IMG/VR virus record: IMGVR_UViG_3300044846_001842
Location: 1 to 64,000 of that record
DNA length: 64,000 bases
Reading direction: 5' to 3' (one strand)
From: a virus
Position numbers and translations under genes: made by a program. The notes beneath the pieces are model-generated. The model ran no database searches, was not told the origin of the DNA, and was given only the letters and a program-made list of their open reading frames with translations. Positions 1 through 10,249 of this stretch are shown one piece after another (the first letter of the stretch is position 1; each line of letters opens with the position of its first letter).

Positions 1-1
1 G

Positions 2-172
2 ATGACTAGTGTAGAATTACAACTTACTCTATTACAATTTAAAACTTTAGTAGAAGAAGTTCAAGAAAATGCTTTTGTTAATAAGATGGTTAATTTGGAG
101 AAGTTTGATGTAACTAAACCAATTACTTTTTTAATACCTAATGGAAGAAAATTAATTATCAATATTAAATAA
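2..172 (+). CDS. Small hypothetical protein, or 3' end of a gene starting before the window (MTSVELQ...IINIK)
   Basis: Open frame from ATG at 2 to TAA at 170-172, 6 nt before the next gene; translated by hand, not in the ORF track. Confidence 0.5.
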   Translation: MTSVELQLTLLQFKTLVEEVQENAFVNKMVNLEKFDVTKPITFLIPNGRKLIINIK

Positions 173-178
173 AAACCA

Positions 179-754
179 ATGAGTTTATTATTTACAGTAG
201 AAAGTAAAGTAGTAGTTCCAAGTACAGAAACGCTATTAATATTTCCTTTTAAAGAAATATGGGAAAAAGATAATTCAAAAGATAAAAGATATGCTATAGA
301 AGATTTTTCTTATATAGAGTTTATGGCATCTATTCAAAAAAGTAATCCTTATTCAGGTTACCCTGAACACCAAAGAGCAGAAAAGATTATACAAGATATT
401 ATTACTAGGGCAGAATGGGATCAAAAAGACCCTCTTTTACTTGCTGGTATTGAGAAATTAAAAGAGTTTCAAGCAGAAGCTTCTGTTACTTATAACTACT
501 ATATGGCTGCTAAATCTGCAGCTGAAAAAATGCAACATTTTTTTATTAATTTTAATATGTCAGATGTTAATCTTAGAACTGGAGCACCAATCTTTAAACC
601 TAAAGATATTACTTCAGCTTTAAATGATACTTCTAGAGTACTTGAAAATCTTAATACTTTAAGAGAAAAAGTTGACAATGAGGTATTTGAAGAAATTAAA
701 AAGAAAGGCCAAAAAGTAGTAAGTCCATTTGCAGATCCAAATAGTTTAAAATAA
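179..754 (+). CDS. Conserved crAss-like protein upstream of TerL (possible terminase small subunit)
   Basis: 191-aa helical protein at the start of the packaging module; function inferred from position only. Confidence 0.5.
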   Translation: MSLLFTVESKVVVPSTETLLIFPFKEIWEKDNSKDKRYAIEDFSYIEFMASIQKSNPYSGYPEHQRAEKIIQDIITRAEWDQKDPLLLAGIEKLKEFQAEASVTYNYYMAAKSAAEKMQHFFINFNMSDVNLRTGAPIFKPKDITSALNDTSRVLENLNTLREKVDNEVFEEIKKKGQKVVSPFADPNSLK

Positions 755-799
755 ATGAATACCTTTACATTTTAATACTAATCTTAAAATTAACAAGTT

Positions 800-1234
800 A
801 TGGCAAATTTAGCTAGCATCTTAGAAAATGATGATAACGGAATGGAAGAAAAAAAATCTTCTATGACAAAAGGAAAACGTGAAACTATTGCAGCTATGCT
901 TATGAAAGCTAGAACAGATGCTCACCTTACACACTTAAAACAAAAAGACAGAACTCTTGCTACTCACAATGCTATGAGCATGTTTTATGAAGGTATAGAA
1001 GAATTAGTAGATACTTATGTAGAAACTTCTATGGGTATTGATGATACTTTTTGCTTAGATGAAGTACCTGAAAGTGAACCTATTGAGAATCCTTTAAAGT
1101 ATTTCAAAGATTTGTATAACTCTTTACAAGCTGAAAGAGTAAACATTAAAGAGTCTTTTATTCAAAATCAAATTGATGAGATGGGACAATTAATTGCTCA
1201 CACTTTATACAGAATTAAATTTATTACTACATAA
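800..1234 (+). CDS. Ferritin/Dps-like four-helix-bundle protein (DUF5856-like)
   Basis: AHLTHL...HNAMSMFYEGIEELVDTYVE...IQNQIDEM...TLYRI pattern typical of phage Dps-like proteins. Confidence 0.65.
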   Translation: MANLASILENDDNGMEEKKSSMTKGKRETIAAMLMKARTDAHLTHLKQKDRTLATHNAMSMFYEGIEELVDTYVETSMGIDDTFCLDEVPESEPIENPLKYFKDLYNSLQAERVNIKESFIQNQIDEMGQLIAHTLYRIKFITT

Positions 1235-1237
1235 CAT

Positions 1238-3385
1238 ATGAGTCAATTAAGATCAATTAGAAACCCTGATGGGATTTGGATTAATACAGAAGTATTCAGA
1301 GAAGAGGCTAGGAAGTTTCAAAAATATGGTACTTACTGTCTAGATCCTTGGGGTTCTCCTGATTGGTTTTCTTATTGGCAAGAACAAAGAAATAGAATTA
1401 TTAATGGTTACTCTGTAGGTGGAGTTAAAGTTACAGGTGACCATTATTTCTATTTAAACTTCTGTCCTATCCTTAAGGCTGAGGATATGAATGCTAAAAA
1501 GTCTGCTAAGATTACAGACTTTCCTGACTTTTGGGATGGAGATTATAATTACTTTTGGGTTAGAGAAATTGCTTTTAATGGTATAGTTGATGGACTAGGA
1601 TTACCTATTGAAGAATCAAATAGTCTTTCTGATTTGTACAGAGGTCTTAAACTTGAAGTTAAAATTCAAGAAGAATACTTAAATGGGGGGTATAATCTTA
1701 TTGTAGGAAAATCTAGACGTAAAGGATACTCCTATAAGAATGCAGCTATTGCAGTTAAGAATTATCTATGCTATCCTAAGACCCTTACTATCTTTGGGGC
1801 TTATGAAAAGAAGTTCCTTTACCCTAAAGGTATCTTTACAATGTCTTCTAACTACCTCAACTTTATCAATGCTAATACTGCTTGGGTATACCCTAAAGAT
1901 ACAGTAGATAAGATGGACCACGTTAAGGCTTCTACTATTGAATATAGAAATGGAGTTAAAGTAGAGACAGGATTTATGTCTGAAATTATGGCACTTACTT
2001 TTAAAGATAATGCAGATGCTGCAAGGGGTAAGGATGCCAGAGATGTAATCTTTGAAGAGTCTGGAGCTTTTGGTACACCTGGATTATTGAAAGATTCTTA
2101 TGTAGCAACTCAAGACTGTGTAATGGCAGGAGCTATTAAGACAGGAATGATTACTATATTTGGTACATCAGGAGATATGGAAGGAGGTACTGCAGATTAT
2201 TCTGAGATGCACTCTAATCCACTTAGGTTTGGTATGTTACCTTTTCAAAATATCTGGGATGAAGATTCTGAAGATATGAAATGTGGTTTCTTCCATCCTA
2301 TTACTTGGAATATGGAAGGTTACTATGATGAGCATGGTAACTCTGATAGAGAAGGAGCTAAGACTCTAGAACTTGCTCAAAGAAAGGTTTTATTAGATAA
2401 TGGTGCAACTTCTGCAGATATTCAGAAGAGAATGCAAGAGAAACCATTGGGACCTTTTGAGGCATTTGGAATGGTATCTACAAATAACTTTCCTGTACTA
2501 GAACTTAAAAGACAACTTGAGATTGTCAAAGCCAAGAACCTACACATGATTATGGGGACTCCTGTCAAACTCTTTTATGACTATGAGTCTAAAAAAGTTA
2601 AAGCAGAACCTATACTTGATGGTACAGCTAATGTAATCTATAGACAAAAACCTGATAACACTTCTCTAGAAGGATGCCCTGTGATTTATGAGTATCCTGC
2701 TGAGGTTCCTCAAAGGGGAGCTTATAAAATAGGGTATGACCCTTACAGACAAGCCCAAGGAAGTTCCTTAGCTGTTGTAATTGTATACAAATCAGTAATT
2801 GTAGGAGAAAGAACTAAAAGAATAATTGTAGCAGAATATGTAGGTAGACCAGGAGAAGCAGATGATGTAAATTACATTTGTAGATTATTTGCAGAGCTTT
2901 ATAATACTACTATTATGCATGAAAATGAAGTAACCCATGTTAAGGATTACTTTAGAAGAAGAAAACAATTACACTATTTAGCTTATCAACCTGATGAAGT
3001 TATAAAGAAGAATGTGAAGAATTCTAAAGTTAACAGACTTTATGGATGTCACATGATAGATCAACTTAAAGATGCAGGTGAAAAATACATTAAATCTTGG
3101 TTACTAGAAACACTTGATTATGATGATGAAGGGTTTCCAATTAGAGCTTTAGATCAAATATATTCTATAGGATTACTTGAAGAGTTAATTAGCTATAATA
3201 GAAAAGGTAACTTTGATAGGGTTATGGCTCTTATGCAAGTCATGTTTCAAGATCAAGAAGATTTACATGGTAAAGAGTATCAACCTAAGTTTAATGGAAA
3301 TAAAAAAGCAAAACAGCTATTAGATATGATGGGAAGTATGTATCAAAAAAATAATAACAAGAACTCGCTACAAAGATTAAATTAA
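1238..3385 (+). CDS. terL: Terminase large subunit
   Basis: Walker A-like KSRRKGYSY, Walker B VIFEESG, FGTSG motif, nuclease motifs IGYDPY and NFDRVMA; directly precedes the portal gene. Confidence 0.95.
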   Translation: MSQLRSIRNPDGIWINTEVFREEARKFQKYGTYCLDPWGSPDWFSYWQEQRNRIINGYSVGGVKVTGDHYFYLNFCPILKAEDMNAKKSAKITDFPDFWDGDYNYFWVREIAFNGIVDGLGLPIEESNSLSDLYRGLKLEVKIQEEYLNGGYNLIVGKSRRKGYSYKNAAIAVKNYLCYPKTLTIFGAYEKKFLYPKGIFTMSSNYLNFINANTAWVYPKDTVDKMDHVKASTIEYRNGVKVETGFMSEIMALTFKDNADAARGKDARDVIFEESGAFGTPGLLKDSYVATQDCVMAGAIKTGMITIFGTSGDMEGGTADYSEMHSNPLRFGMLPFQNIWDEDSEDMKCGFFHPITWNMEGYYDEHGNSDREGAKTLELAQRKVLLDNGATSADIQKRMQEKPLGPFEAFGMVSTNNFPVLELKRQLEIVKAKNLHMIMGTPVKLFYDYESKKVKAEPILDGTANVIYRQKPDNTSLEGCPVIYEYPAEVPQRGAYKIGYDPYRQAQGSSLAVVIVYKSVIVGERTKRIIVAEYVGRPGEADDVNYICRLFAELYNTTIMHENEVTHVKDYFRRRKQLHYLAYQPDEVIKKNVKNSKVNRLYGCHMIDQLKDAGEKYIKSWLLETLDYDDEGFPIRALDQIYSIGLLEELISYNRKGNFDRVMALMQVMFQDQEDLHGKEYQPKFNGNKKAKQLLDMMGSMYQKNNNKNSLQRLN

Positions 3386-3389
3386 TTAT

Positions 3390-3397
3390 TACTTTTG
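3390..3397 (+). promoter_or_regulatory. Bacteroidota sigma-A -7 element (TACTTTTG) upstream of portal
   Basis: Exact TAnnTTTG match in the 34-nt intergenic gap. Confidence 0.55.
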
Positions 3398-3419
3398 TAA
3401 CTACTTATATTTTAGAGAT

Positions 3420-5837
3420 ATGAATCAACCTGTTACTCAACCTAAATCTTATTCTACTGAAAGACTCAGTAGAACTGATAAAGAATCTCAAAACTTTCTT
3501 TGGTATAGAGAAAAGATTGACATGTATGATACTAAAGCTAATTTCTTATCTATAGGATATGGAGGAGTTAATGAATACAAAAGAATGAGGGTTAATTATG
3601 ACCTTTTTAATAACATTGTTGACCTTTCAGATTTTGCTTATGTAGCTACACCTTATGGAGCTGATCAAGGAGAAATGCCAGCTCAAATGGCAAACAGAGA
3701 TATTTGCTCTTATAGAGTAAAAGCTCTTATTGGCATGGAAATGAAAAGACCTTTTGGGTATAGAGTAATGGCTACCAACAGAGAAGCTTCTAATAGAAAA
3801 GTAGAAGAAGAAACTAATAGAATCAAACAGTATGTTGTAGAATCTATTATGGCTCCTATCAGACAAGAAGCAGAAGCTAAGTATCAAGCTGAAATGAAAG
3901 GTAGAGAACTTAGTGAACAAGAAATGCAAGAAATACAGCAACAAATTGAAGCTGAAATTGAGCAAAAAACTCCAGATAAAGTTAGAGCTTACATGAGAAG
4001 AGATCACAGAGATCCTGCTGAAGTTCAAGGGCAACAACTGTTAAATTATTTAATTAAGAAACTTGACGCAAGAAAAAAATTTAATAATGGCTGGAAACAT
4101 GGGTTGATTTCTGCTTATGAAGTTTATTGGTTAGGCATAATAAATGGAGAACCAGCAATGAAAGTTGTAAACCCTGTTAGATTTTCCTGTGATAAGGCTT
4201 CAGATTTAGATTACATTGAACAAGGAGAATGGGCAGCAGCAGAGTACAGAATGCATCCTTCACAAATTGTACAGACTTTTGATTTAGATGACAAAGAAAT
4301 AGATACTCTTTGGAGAAACTATAACCACCATATTACTCAAAGAGTACATGATAACTTATTTAACTTTGATGAGTATCTTACCTATGAGGATAAAAATTCA
4401 ATTAGAGTTTTACACTGTGTATTTAAAGGACTTAGAAAAGTAGGTTGGTTAGATTACATTGATGAAGATGGAATTCTTCAAACTAGGTTTATGGTTGATG
4501 AGTCTTATAAACTTAACAAAGCTATGGGGGATGTTAAAATTACCTGGGAATGGCTTCCTGAAGTTTATGAAGGTTATAAGATTGGAATGCACATTTACAA
4601 AGAGATGAGACCTGTGCCAGGACAATTTAAAGATCCAGATAATATTTACAAATGCACTTTACCTTATTATGGTGCTATCTATGATAATACTAACTCTCAG
4701 CCTACATCTGTAATGGATAGAATGAAAGTTTATCAGTACTACTACAACATAGTAATGTATAGACTTGAATTATTACTTGCTTCAGATAAAGGTAAAAAGA
4801 TATTAATGAACATTAATGCTATTCCTACTGATTCTGGAATAGACCTTAAAAAATGGCAATACTTCTTTGAAAGTACTCCTTTTATGTGGTATAATCCTGA
4901 TGAAGAAGGGATGAACCAAAGTGATGTGAATACTATTGCTAAAACCTTAGATCTTTCTTTAGCTTCTGATATTCAAAAATATATTCAACTTGCAGATTAC
5001 TTAGAGCAAAAATGTGGTAAATCTGTAGGTATTACAGACCCTGTATTAGGGCAAACTTCAGTATCTGAAAGAGTTGCTAATAATCAACAAAACTTAGTTC
5101 AGACTTCACACATGTTGGAACCTTACTTTGATTTACACAACTGTATTAAAAGAAATGTACTTCAAGGTTTACTTGATTTAGCTAAAGTTGCTTATGCTAC
5201 TTCTGATAAGAAACATATATCTTATATCTTAGATGACATGTCTATGGAAATGTTACAGATGGATATTAACCTTCTTGATGAAAGTACATTAGGTTTGTTT
5301 ATGGAAGACTCTTCTATGTCAGAAGAAATTAAACAGACTATTCAGCAACTTGCTCATGCTGCAATGCAAAATCAAAAAATTGAATTATCCGATGTCCTTA
5401 AAGTAATTAAACAAGATTCTATACAAGAAGCTGAAGAAGCATTACTTGTATCTGAAGAACTCAGAACTAAAAGAGAACAAGAAAATGCTCAAGCTCAATC
5501 TAAGGCTAAAGCAGAGTCTGAACAAAAACAAAGAGATTGGGAAAAAGAGAAGATGTCTATTGAACATGGTAATACTATGGAGGAAATAGAAGCTAAAGGA
5601 AATATTGACCTTCAAAAACAAGCTATGCTTTCTATGGGATTTGACCCTAATAAAGATGTAGATAATGATGGTATACCTGATGTATTAGAAGTAGCTAGAG
5701 ATGGAGTTAATGCTGAAATTCAAAGGTCAAAAGAAGCTAGAGAAAATAAAAAGTTAGACTTCCAAATTAAAGACGCTAAAGAAAAAAATAAATTAAAAGA
5801 AAAAGAATTAGTCCAAAAAGGAGCAAATTCAAAATAA
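3420..5837 (+). CDS. Portal protein (crAss-like)
   Basis: 805 aa, after TerL; crAss-type motifs (VYEGYKIG, LPYYGAIY) and a C-terminal coiled coil with DxDxDG (DVDNDGIPD). Confidence 0.9.
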   Translation: MNQPVTQPKSYSTERLSRTDKESQNFLWYREKIDMYDTKANFLSIGYGGVNEYKRMRVNYDLFNNIVDLSDFAYVATPYGADQGEMPAQMANRDICSYRVKALIGMEMKRPFGYRVMATNREASNRKVEEETNRIKQYVVESIMAPIRQEAEAKYQAEMKGRELSEQEMQEIQQQIEAEIEQKTPDKVRAYMRRDHRDPAEVQGQQLLNYLIKKLDARKKFNNGWKHGLISAYEVYWLGIINGEPAMKVVNPVRFSCDKASDLDYIEQGEWAAAEYRMHPSQIVQTFDLDDKEIDTLWRNYNHHITQRVHDNLFNFDEYLTYEDKNSIRVLHCVFKGLRKVGWLDYIDEDGILQTRFMVDESYKLNKAMGDVKITWEWLPEVYEGYKIGMHIYKEMRPVPGQFKDPDNIYKCTLPYYGAIYDNTNSQPTSVMDRMKVYQYYYNIVMYRLELLLASDKGKKILMNINAIPTDSGIDLKKWQYFFESTPFMWYNPDEEGMNQSDVNTIAKTLDLSLASDIQKYIQLADYLEQKCGKSVGITDPVLGQTSVSERVANNQQNLVQTSHMLEPYFDLHNCIKRNVLQGLLDLAKVAYATSDKKHISYILDDMSMEMLQMDINLLDESTLGLFMEDSSMSEEIKQTIQQLAHAAMQNQKIELSDVLKVIKQDSIQEAEEALLVSEELRTKREQENAQAQSKAKAESEQKQRDWEKEKMSIEHGNTMEEIEAKGNIDLQKQAMLSMGFDPNKDVDNDGIPDVLEVARDGVNAEIQRSKEARENKKLDFQIKDAKEKNKLKEKELVQKGANSK

Positions 5838-5901
5838 AAGCTATTACATTTTAAATAAGAAGAGTTCATTTTTAAAATGTAATTTATTAAACAATTAAAC
5901 T

Positions 5902-5909
5902 TAAATTTG
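5902..5909 (+). promoter_or_regulatory. -7 element (TAAATTTG) upstream of the scaffold/capsid genes
   Basis: TAnnTTTG 8 nt before the ATG at 5918. Confidence 0.5.
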
Positions 5910-5917
5910 TCACAGTT

Positions 5918-7093
5918 ATGAGTGGAACAGAGAAAACCATTGATCAATTTGGAGGTTGGGAAGATACTTCTCAACAACATGATTTCTTCGGAGAAACTAA
6001 TTTAGTAGAGGATGTAATTACATCAGTTGAGAAAGATGATGTAGTAGACCCTACTAAAACAGAAGAAGTTAAAGAAAAAATTGCCAAAGAAAAAGAAGAA
6101 CAAGAATTAGTAGACAAGCAATTTGAAACTTTTTTACCAACTTCAAAAGGAACAGGAAATGAATATGAAGATGAAAATGAAGGAACAGATCCTAGTAAAG
6201 AAAAACCTACATCAGTAGTAAGTCCAAAGACTACTTTAGCTTTTTTAAAAGAAAAAGGGTTAGTAGAATATGAAGAAGACCCTGAAAAACCTTTAACAGA
6301 TCAAGATGCTGATAACCTTTTAGAAGATTCATGGGAAGCAGCTTTAGAAAAAGAAGTTGAATCTACTATTAAAGATTTACCTGATGAATTAAAACAACTA
6401 ATTAAGTTTGCTTCTAAAGGTGGAGATGTAGGACAGTTATTAGGTAAGATGGTGCAACATGCAACATCAGGCATTAATAAAAATAGTGATATAGACAATG
6501 AAGATGTTCAAGTTCTTGCTGTCACTATGGATCTAAGAAATCAAGGTCATGACCAAGAGTATATAGATGCTCAGATTGAATTCTTAAAAGAAAAAGACAA
6601 ACTTGGAGGAATTGCTAAAAAATCTTTTGATAAGATTGTAGCAGAACAAGAAGCTGAGACTGCAGGCCAAGTTCAAAGACAAAAAGAAGTCTTAGAAAAT
6701 AAAAAGAAAGCAGCTAGAGAATATAAGAGTAATATCACTACTCATATCAATAGCTTAGAAGATGCAGGTGGATTGCCAATATCTAAACAAGATAAAACAA
6801 TTCTTCCTACTTATATTTCAGAGCCAACTGTAGAATTACAAGATGGCAGATTTGTAAGTGAAATGCAAGCTGACCTGTTTAAGGTTATGGCAGATAAAGA
6901 CAAGATTGTTCTTTTAGCTAAACTCTTAAAGTCAGATTTTGATTTTGGTGCTATTGAAAGAAAAAAACAAACAGCAGCAGCAAGAGGAATCAAAAATGAA
7001 ATCCAAAGAGCTGATAAAACACAAACTATAACAAATTCATCTAGTGGAGGTCACAAAACACAGAAGAAAGCAGTCTGGGAGATGCTAGACTAA
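5918..7093 (+). CDS. Acidic coiled-coil protein, probable capsid scaffolding/assembly protein
   Basis: Very acidic N-terminal half, helical C-terminal half; located between portal and MCP as in Crassvirales. Confidence 0.65.
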   Translation: MSGTEKTIDQFGGWEDTSQQHDFFGETNLVEDVITSVEKDDVVDPTKTEEVKEKIAKEKEEQELVDKQFETFLPTSKGTGNEYEDENEGTDPSKEKPTSVVSPKTTLAFLKEKGLVEYEEDPEKPLTDQDADNLLEDSWEAALEKEVESTIKDLPDELKQLIKFASKGGDVGQLLGKMVQHATSGINKNSDIDNEDVQVLAVTMDLRNQGHDQEYIDAQIEFLKEKDKLGGIAKKSFDKIVAEQEAETAGQVQRQKEVLENKKKAAREYKSNITTHINSLEDAGGLPISKQDKTILPTYISEPTVELQDGRFVSEMQADLFKVMADKDKIVLLAKLLKSDFDFGAIERKKQTAAARGIKNEIQRADKTQTITNSSSGGHKTQKKAVWEMLD

Positions 7094-7130
7094 ATTTTAA
7101 ATTCAATTATTAACTTTAAACTAAATTAAA

Positions 7131-8588
7131 ATGGCTACATTAGGAAGTAGACTTCTCGTGAAAGAGATGGAATGGAATGCAAATATGACTGAGCAGTCTC
7201 ACTTAGGTGCTGCTTTGATTGCAAAACCACACCGTATCTTAGGAGAAATGGACAAACTTTTTTCTGCTCAGAACTATTACTCTGACAACCCAATGTCTTC
7301 ATTGTTGATGGGTAACTCCAAGACTGAAGAGACTATTGGTAACACAGAATGGGAATGGGAATTGAAAGGTGCCAACACTAGACCTCTAGTTGTTGTAGAA
7401 AATGTTGAAGCTCAGGGTAACAATACTCCGGGTAAATTCAAAAAAACATTTAAAATTAAACTTGATGAGAACTGGTATTTACCAGGGGATGTAATCATGC
7501 CGGGTACTTCTAACAAGAAATACCAAGTACGAATTCAAAATCAAGGTGTAAAACATGGAGATGGAACAGTCTATACTGTTAGAATGAACTCAGATGACCC
7601 ACAAGCATTTATGCCTGTTAAGTATTTGAATCCAGGACAACAATGGGGTAAACTATTCTCTCAATATGAAGAAGCTGCAGAACAATCAGGTTCTACTGTA
7701 TTCAGCTTACCTATTGCTTTCCGTAATAGAATGTCTAAATACCGTAAAGAATACAGAATTACTGACTATGCTTCTACTGAAGTATTAGCTGTAGCTATCC
7801 CGGATTCTAAAGGTGCTTATCATAATTCATGGATGCGTTATGCTGAAGTTGAATATTGGCAACAATGGTACAGAGAAGTAGAAAGAGGATATTGGTATTC
7901 AAGATCTGCTGATACTGTATTAGGTGCTAATGGTAGACCAGTAAGAATGGGGCCTGGTATTCAGGAGCAATTAGAAGACTCTCACCAACACAGATATTCT
8001 CATTTGACTGCTAAGTTAATTGAAGAATACTTGCAAGATATATTCTACTCAAGAGTTAAACCAGGTCAAGGAAGACAGGTTAAAGGTTTTACAGGTGAGT
8101 ATGGTATGTTACAGTTCCACAGAGCTATCCAAGATTGGCAAAATAAATCAGGTTTCATTAAGAATGTTGAGGTTTATACTAACAAAGTAAAATCTGATAT
8201 TCACACTAATGCACTTGAAGCAGGTTACCAATTTGTAAAATACAACATGGCAAATGGTGCATCTCTTGAGTTAATCCACAATCCTCTTTATGATGACAGA
8301 GAGATTAACTTTGAAATTGATGAGGTTACAGGATTCCCTATTGAGTCACAAAGAATTACATTCTTAGACTTCTCAGGAGAAGCTAAAAACTCTAACATCA
8401 AAATCATGAACAAGAAAGATGGTTTTGCCTTTACTTATGTTGAAGGTATGTATGGTCCTTATGGTCCTAAAAATGGAGGTAGCTCTGCTCACTCTGGTTC
8501 ATACTATGAAATGCATGTTGAGAAGTCTTGTGGTATCCATATCCATGACATCACTAAATGTGGAGAACTAATTTTATCTAGAAATTAA
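7131..8588 (+). CDS. Major capsid protein (crAss-like)
   Basis: 485 aa; EWEWEL, GPGIQEQL, TGEYGMLQF and HNPLYDD motifs of crAss-like MCPs; synteny. Confidence 0.92.
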   Translation: MATLGSRLLVKEMEWNANMTEQSHLGAALIAKPHRILGEMDKLFSAQNYYSDNPMSSLLMGNSKTEETIGNTEWEWELKGANTRPLVVVENVEAQGNNTPGKFKKTFKIKLDENWYLPGDVIMPGTSNKKYQVRIQNQGVKHGDGTVYTVRMNSDDPQAFMPVKYLNPGQQWGKLFSQYEEAAEQSGSTVFSLPIAFRNRMSKYRKEYRITDYASTEVLAVAIPDSKGAYHNSWMRYAEVEYWQQWYREVERGYWYSRSADTVLGANGRPVRMGPGIQEQLEDSHQHRYSHLTAKLIEEYLQDIFYSRVKPGQGRQVKGFTGEYGMLQFHRAIQDWQNKSGFIKNVEVYTNKVKSDIHTNALEAGYQFVKYNMANGASLELIHNPLYDDREINFEIDEVTGFPIESQRITFLDFSGEAKNSNIKIMNKKDGFAFTYVEGMYGPYGPKNGGSSAHSGSYYEMHVEKSCGIHIHDITKCGELILSRN

Positions 8589-8600
8589 TTTGACAAACAT

Positions 8601-8631
8601 TTTGTAACATCCTAAAGTTTTCCTATCTTTG
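8601..8631 (+). promoter_or_regulatory. Complete Bacteroidota promoter, TTTG-N19-TATCTTTG, ahead of the free-standing endonuclease
   Basis: -33 TTTG at 8601-8604, 19-nt spacer, -7 TATCTTTG at 8624-8631. Confidence 0.75.
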
Positions 8632-8660
8632 TTGAAATTAATTCATTAAAAGATACAAAG

Positions 8661-9431
8661 ATGGGAAAAACTTTTTTACAAAAAGAAGCTCTACAAAGAG
8701 TTAATAAAGCAAAAAGATTAAGCACACAACAGTTCATTGACAAAGCAAAAGCTTTACACGGAGAAAAATTTGATTACTCTATTACAGAGTATGTCAATGC
8801 TACAACTAAAATAAAAATAGTTTGTAGAGAGCATGGGGAACAAGAAATGTTACCTCATCATCATACCCACAGTAAAAGTTATGGTTGTTCTGTGTGTGGA
8901 AAGCAAGCAATAAACAATAAAAAACAATTTACAACAGAAGAATTTATCAGTAAAATTTCAGATCTAAAAGGTTTAAATTTTGATAAAACTGTTTATAAAT
9001 CTAAAAGAGAAAAAGTAATTGTTACTTGTTTAATACATGGAGATTATGAAACAAAAGCAGAAATACTTTTAAAAGGGCATGGATGTAGAAAATGTTCTTC
9101 TGTAAACTCAAGAGGAGAAAAAGACATAGAAAGTTGGTTAGAAGAAAACAACATTTTATTTATCCCTCAAAAACAATTTAAAAATTGTATAGGAGAAAGG
9201 AAAAGAAGGTTAAGTTTTGATTTTTATATACCAGAAAAAAATCTTTGTATAGAATTTGATGGTAAACAACATTTTAAATCTATAGAATATTGGGGAGGAG
9301 AAGAAGGATTAAAAAGAAGACAACAGTCTGATAAAATAAAAACTGAATTTTGTCAAAAGAATAATATAAATTTACTGAGAGTCTCTTACTCAGAAAACAT
9401 AAGAGAAAAATTATTAAGTTCATTAATTTAA
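8661..9431 (+). CDS. Free-standing homing-endonuclease-like protein (two CxxHG..GCxxC Zn repeats plus a Vsr/EDxHD-like nuclease domain)
   Basis: Repeats CREHG..GCSVC and CLIHG..GCRKC; C-terminal SRGE..FDFYIP..CIEFDGKQH..DKIK; Lys-rich; has its own promoter. Confidence 0.8.
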   Translation: MGKTFLQKEALQRVNKAKRLSTQQFIDKAKALHGEKFDYSITEYVNATTKIKIVCREHGEQEMLPHHHTHSKSYGCSVCGKQAINNKKQFTTEEFISKISDLKGLNFDKTVYKSKREKVIVTCLIHGDYETKAEILLKGHGCRKCSSVNSRGEKDIESWLEENNILFIPQKQFKNCIGERKRRLSFDFYIPEKNLCIEFDGKQHFKSIEYWGGEEGLKRRQQSDKIKTEFCQKNNINLLRVSYSENIREKLLSSLI

Positions 9432-9443
9432 AGAGAAAAAATT

Positions 9444-10244
9444 ATGGGAGTTAAAGTTGAAGTAAGACCTATTGAATCAAAAAGATGGCACAATAAAACA
9501 GGTCAAGAGTCTTTTACAAGACCAAAAAAAATCCAAGCATTAGTAGATGGCAATACTATGAGGTATGCCACAGGGTTAACTGAGCAAGATATTAAAGAGT
9601 TAGCTAAAAAGGGAACTAAGTATGACTTATCAGACCAGTACAATTCAGATGCTCCACACCCATTTTGGGATTCTAACATGGCAGTAGTTAAGTTAGAAAA
9701 CAACACAATGTTTTTTGATACAGACAATGCCATTGACTTTATTAAGATTAGAATTATGAAAGCTAGTAAGTATGTTGCTAATTCTATGGCAGAGTATGAG
9801 CAAGGAGAATGGCCAGAAGCTACTCATGTTATCTATGATGAAGCAGAACAAGCTCAAGTATTAGCAAGTAAAGTAGAACAAAAGAATACTGCTATCATTG
9901 AAGCTTCTAAATTAAGCCTAGACAGAAAAGTTCAACTTATTTTGGTATTAGGTGGTAAGAATATGAAAAACCAATCTGCAGACTTTGTTGCTGTAGAATT
10001 AGATAAGATTATTCAAAAAGATGCTGGAGAATTTTTAAGATACTTGAATTTAGATAAAAAACAATTAGCCTCACATGCTCTTGTTTTAGAAGCTCTTCAA
10101 AAATCAGTATTGAGAAAAGAAGGACAAAGAATTTATCACATGGACTCTCCTTTAGGTATTGATGAAATTGAAGTAGCTGAATATCTTTCTAAAGAAGAAA
10201 ACCAAGATATTAAAATGCTGATATTATCTAAGATTAATAATTAA
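9444..10244 (+). CDS. Conserved crAss-like capsid-module protein
   Basis: 266 aa; lies downstream of MCP once the endonuclease insertion is discounted. Confidence 0.55.
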   Translation: MGVKVEVRPIESKRWHNKTGQESFTRPKKIQALVDGNTMRYATGLTEQDIKELAKKGTKYDLSDQYNSDAPHPFWDSNMAVVKLENNTMFFDTDNAIDFIKIRIMKASKYVANSMAEYEQGEWPEATHVIYDEAEQAQVLASKVEQKNTAIIEASKLSLDRKVQLILVLGGKNMKNQSADFVAVELDKIIQKDAGEFLRYLNLDKKQLASHALVLEALQKSVLRKEGQRIYHMDSPLGIDEIEVAEYLSKEENQDIKMLILSKINN

Positions 10245-10249
10245 AAACT

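Noticed and set aside
8589-9443. Possible intron in the major capsid gene carrying the endonuclease
   Set aside because: MCP ends normally; flanks are only 72 and 12 nt, with no ribozyme core
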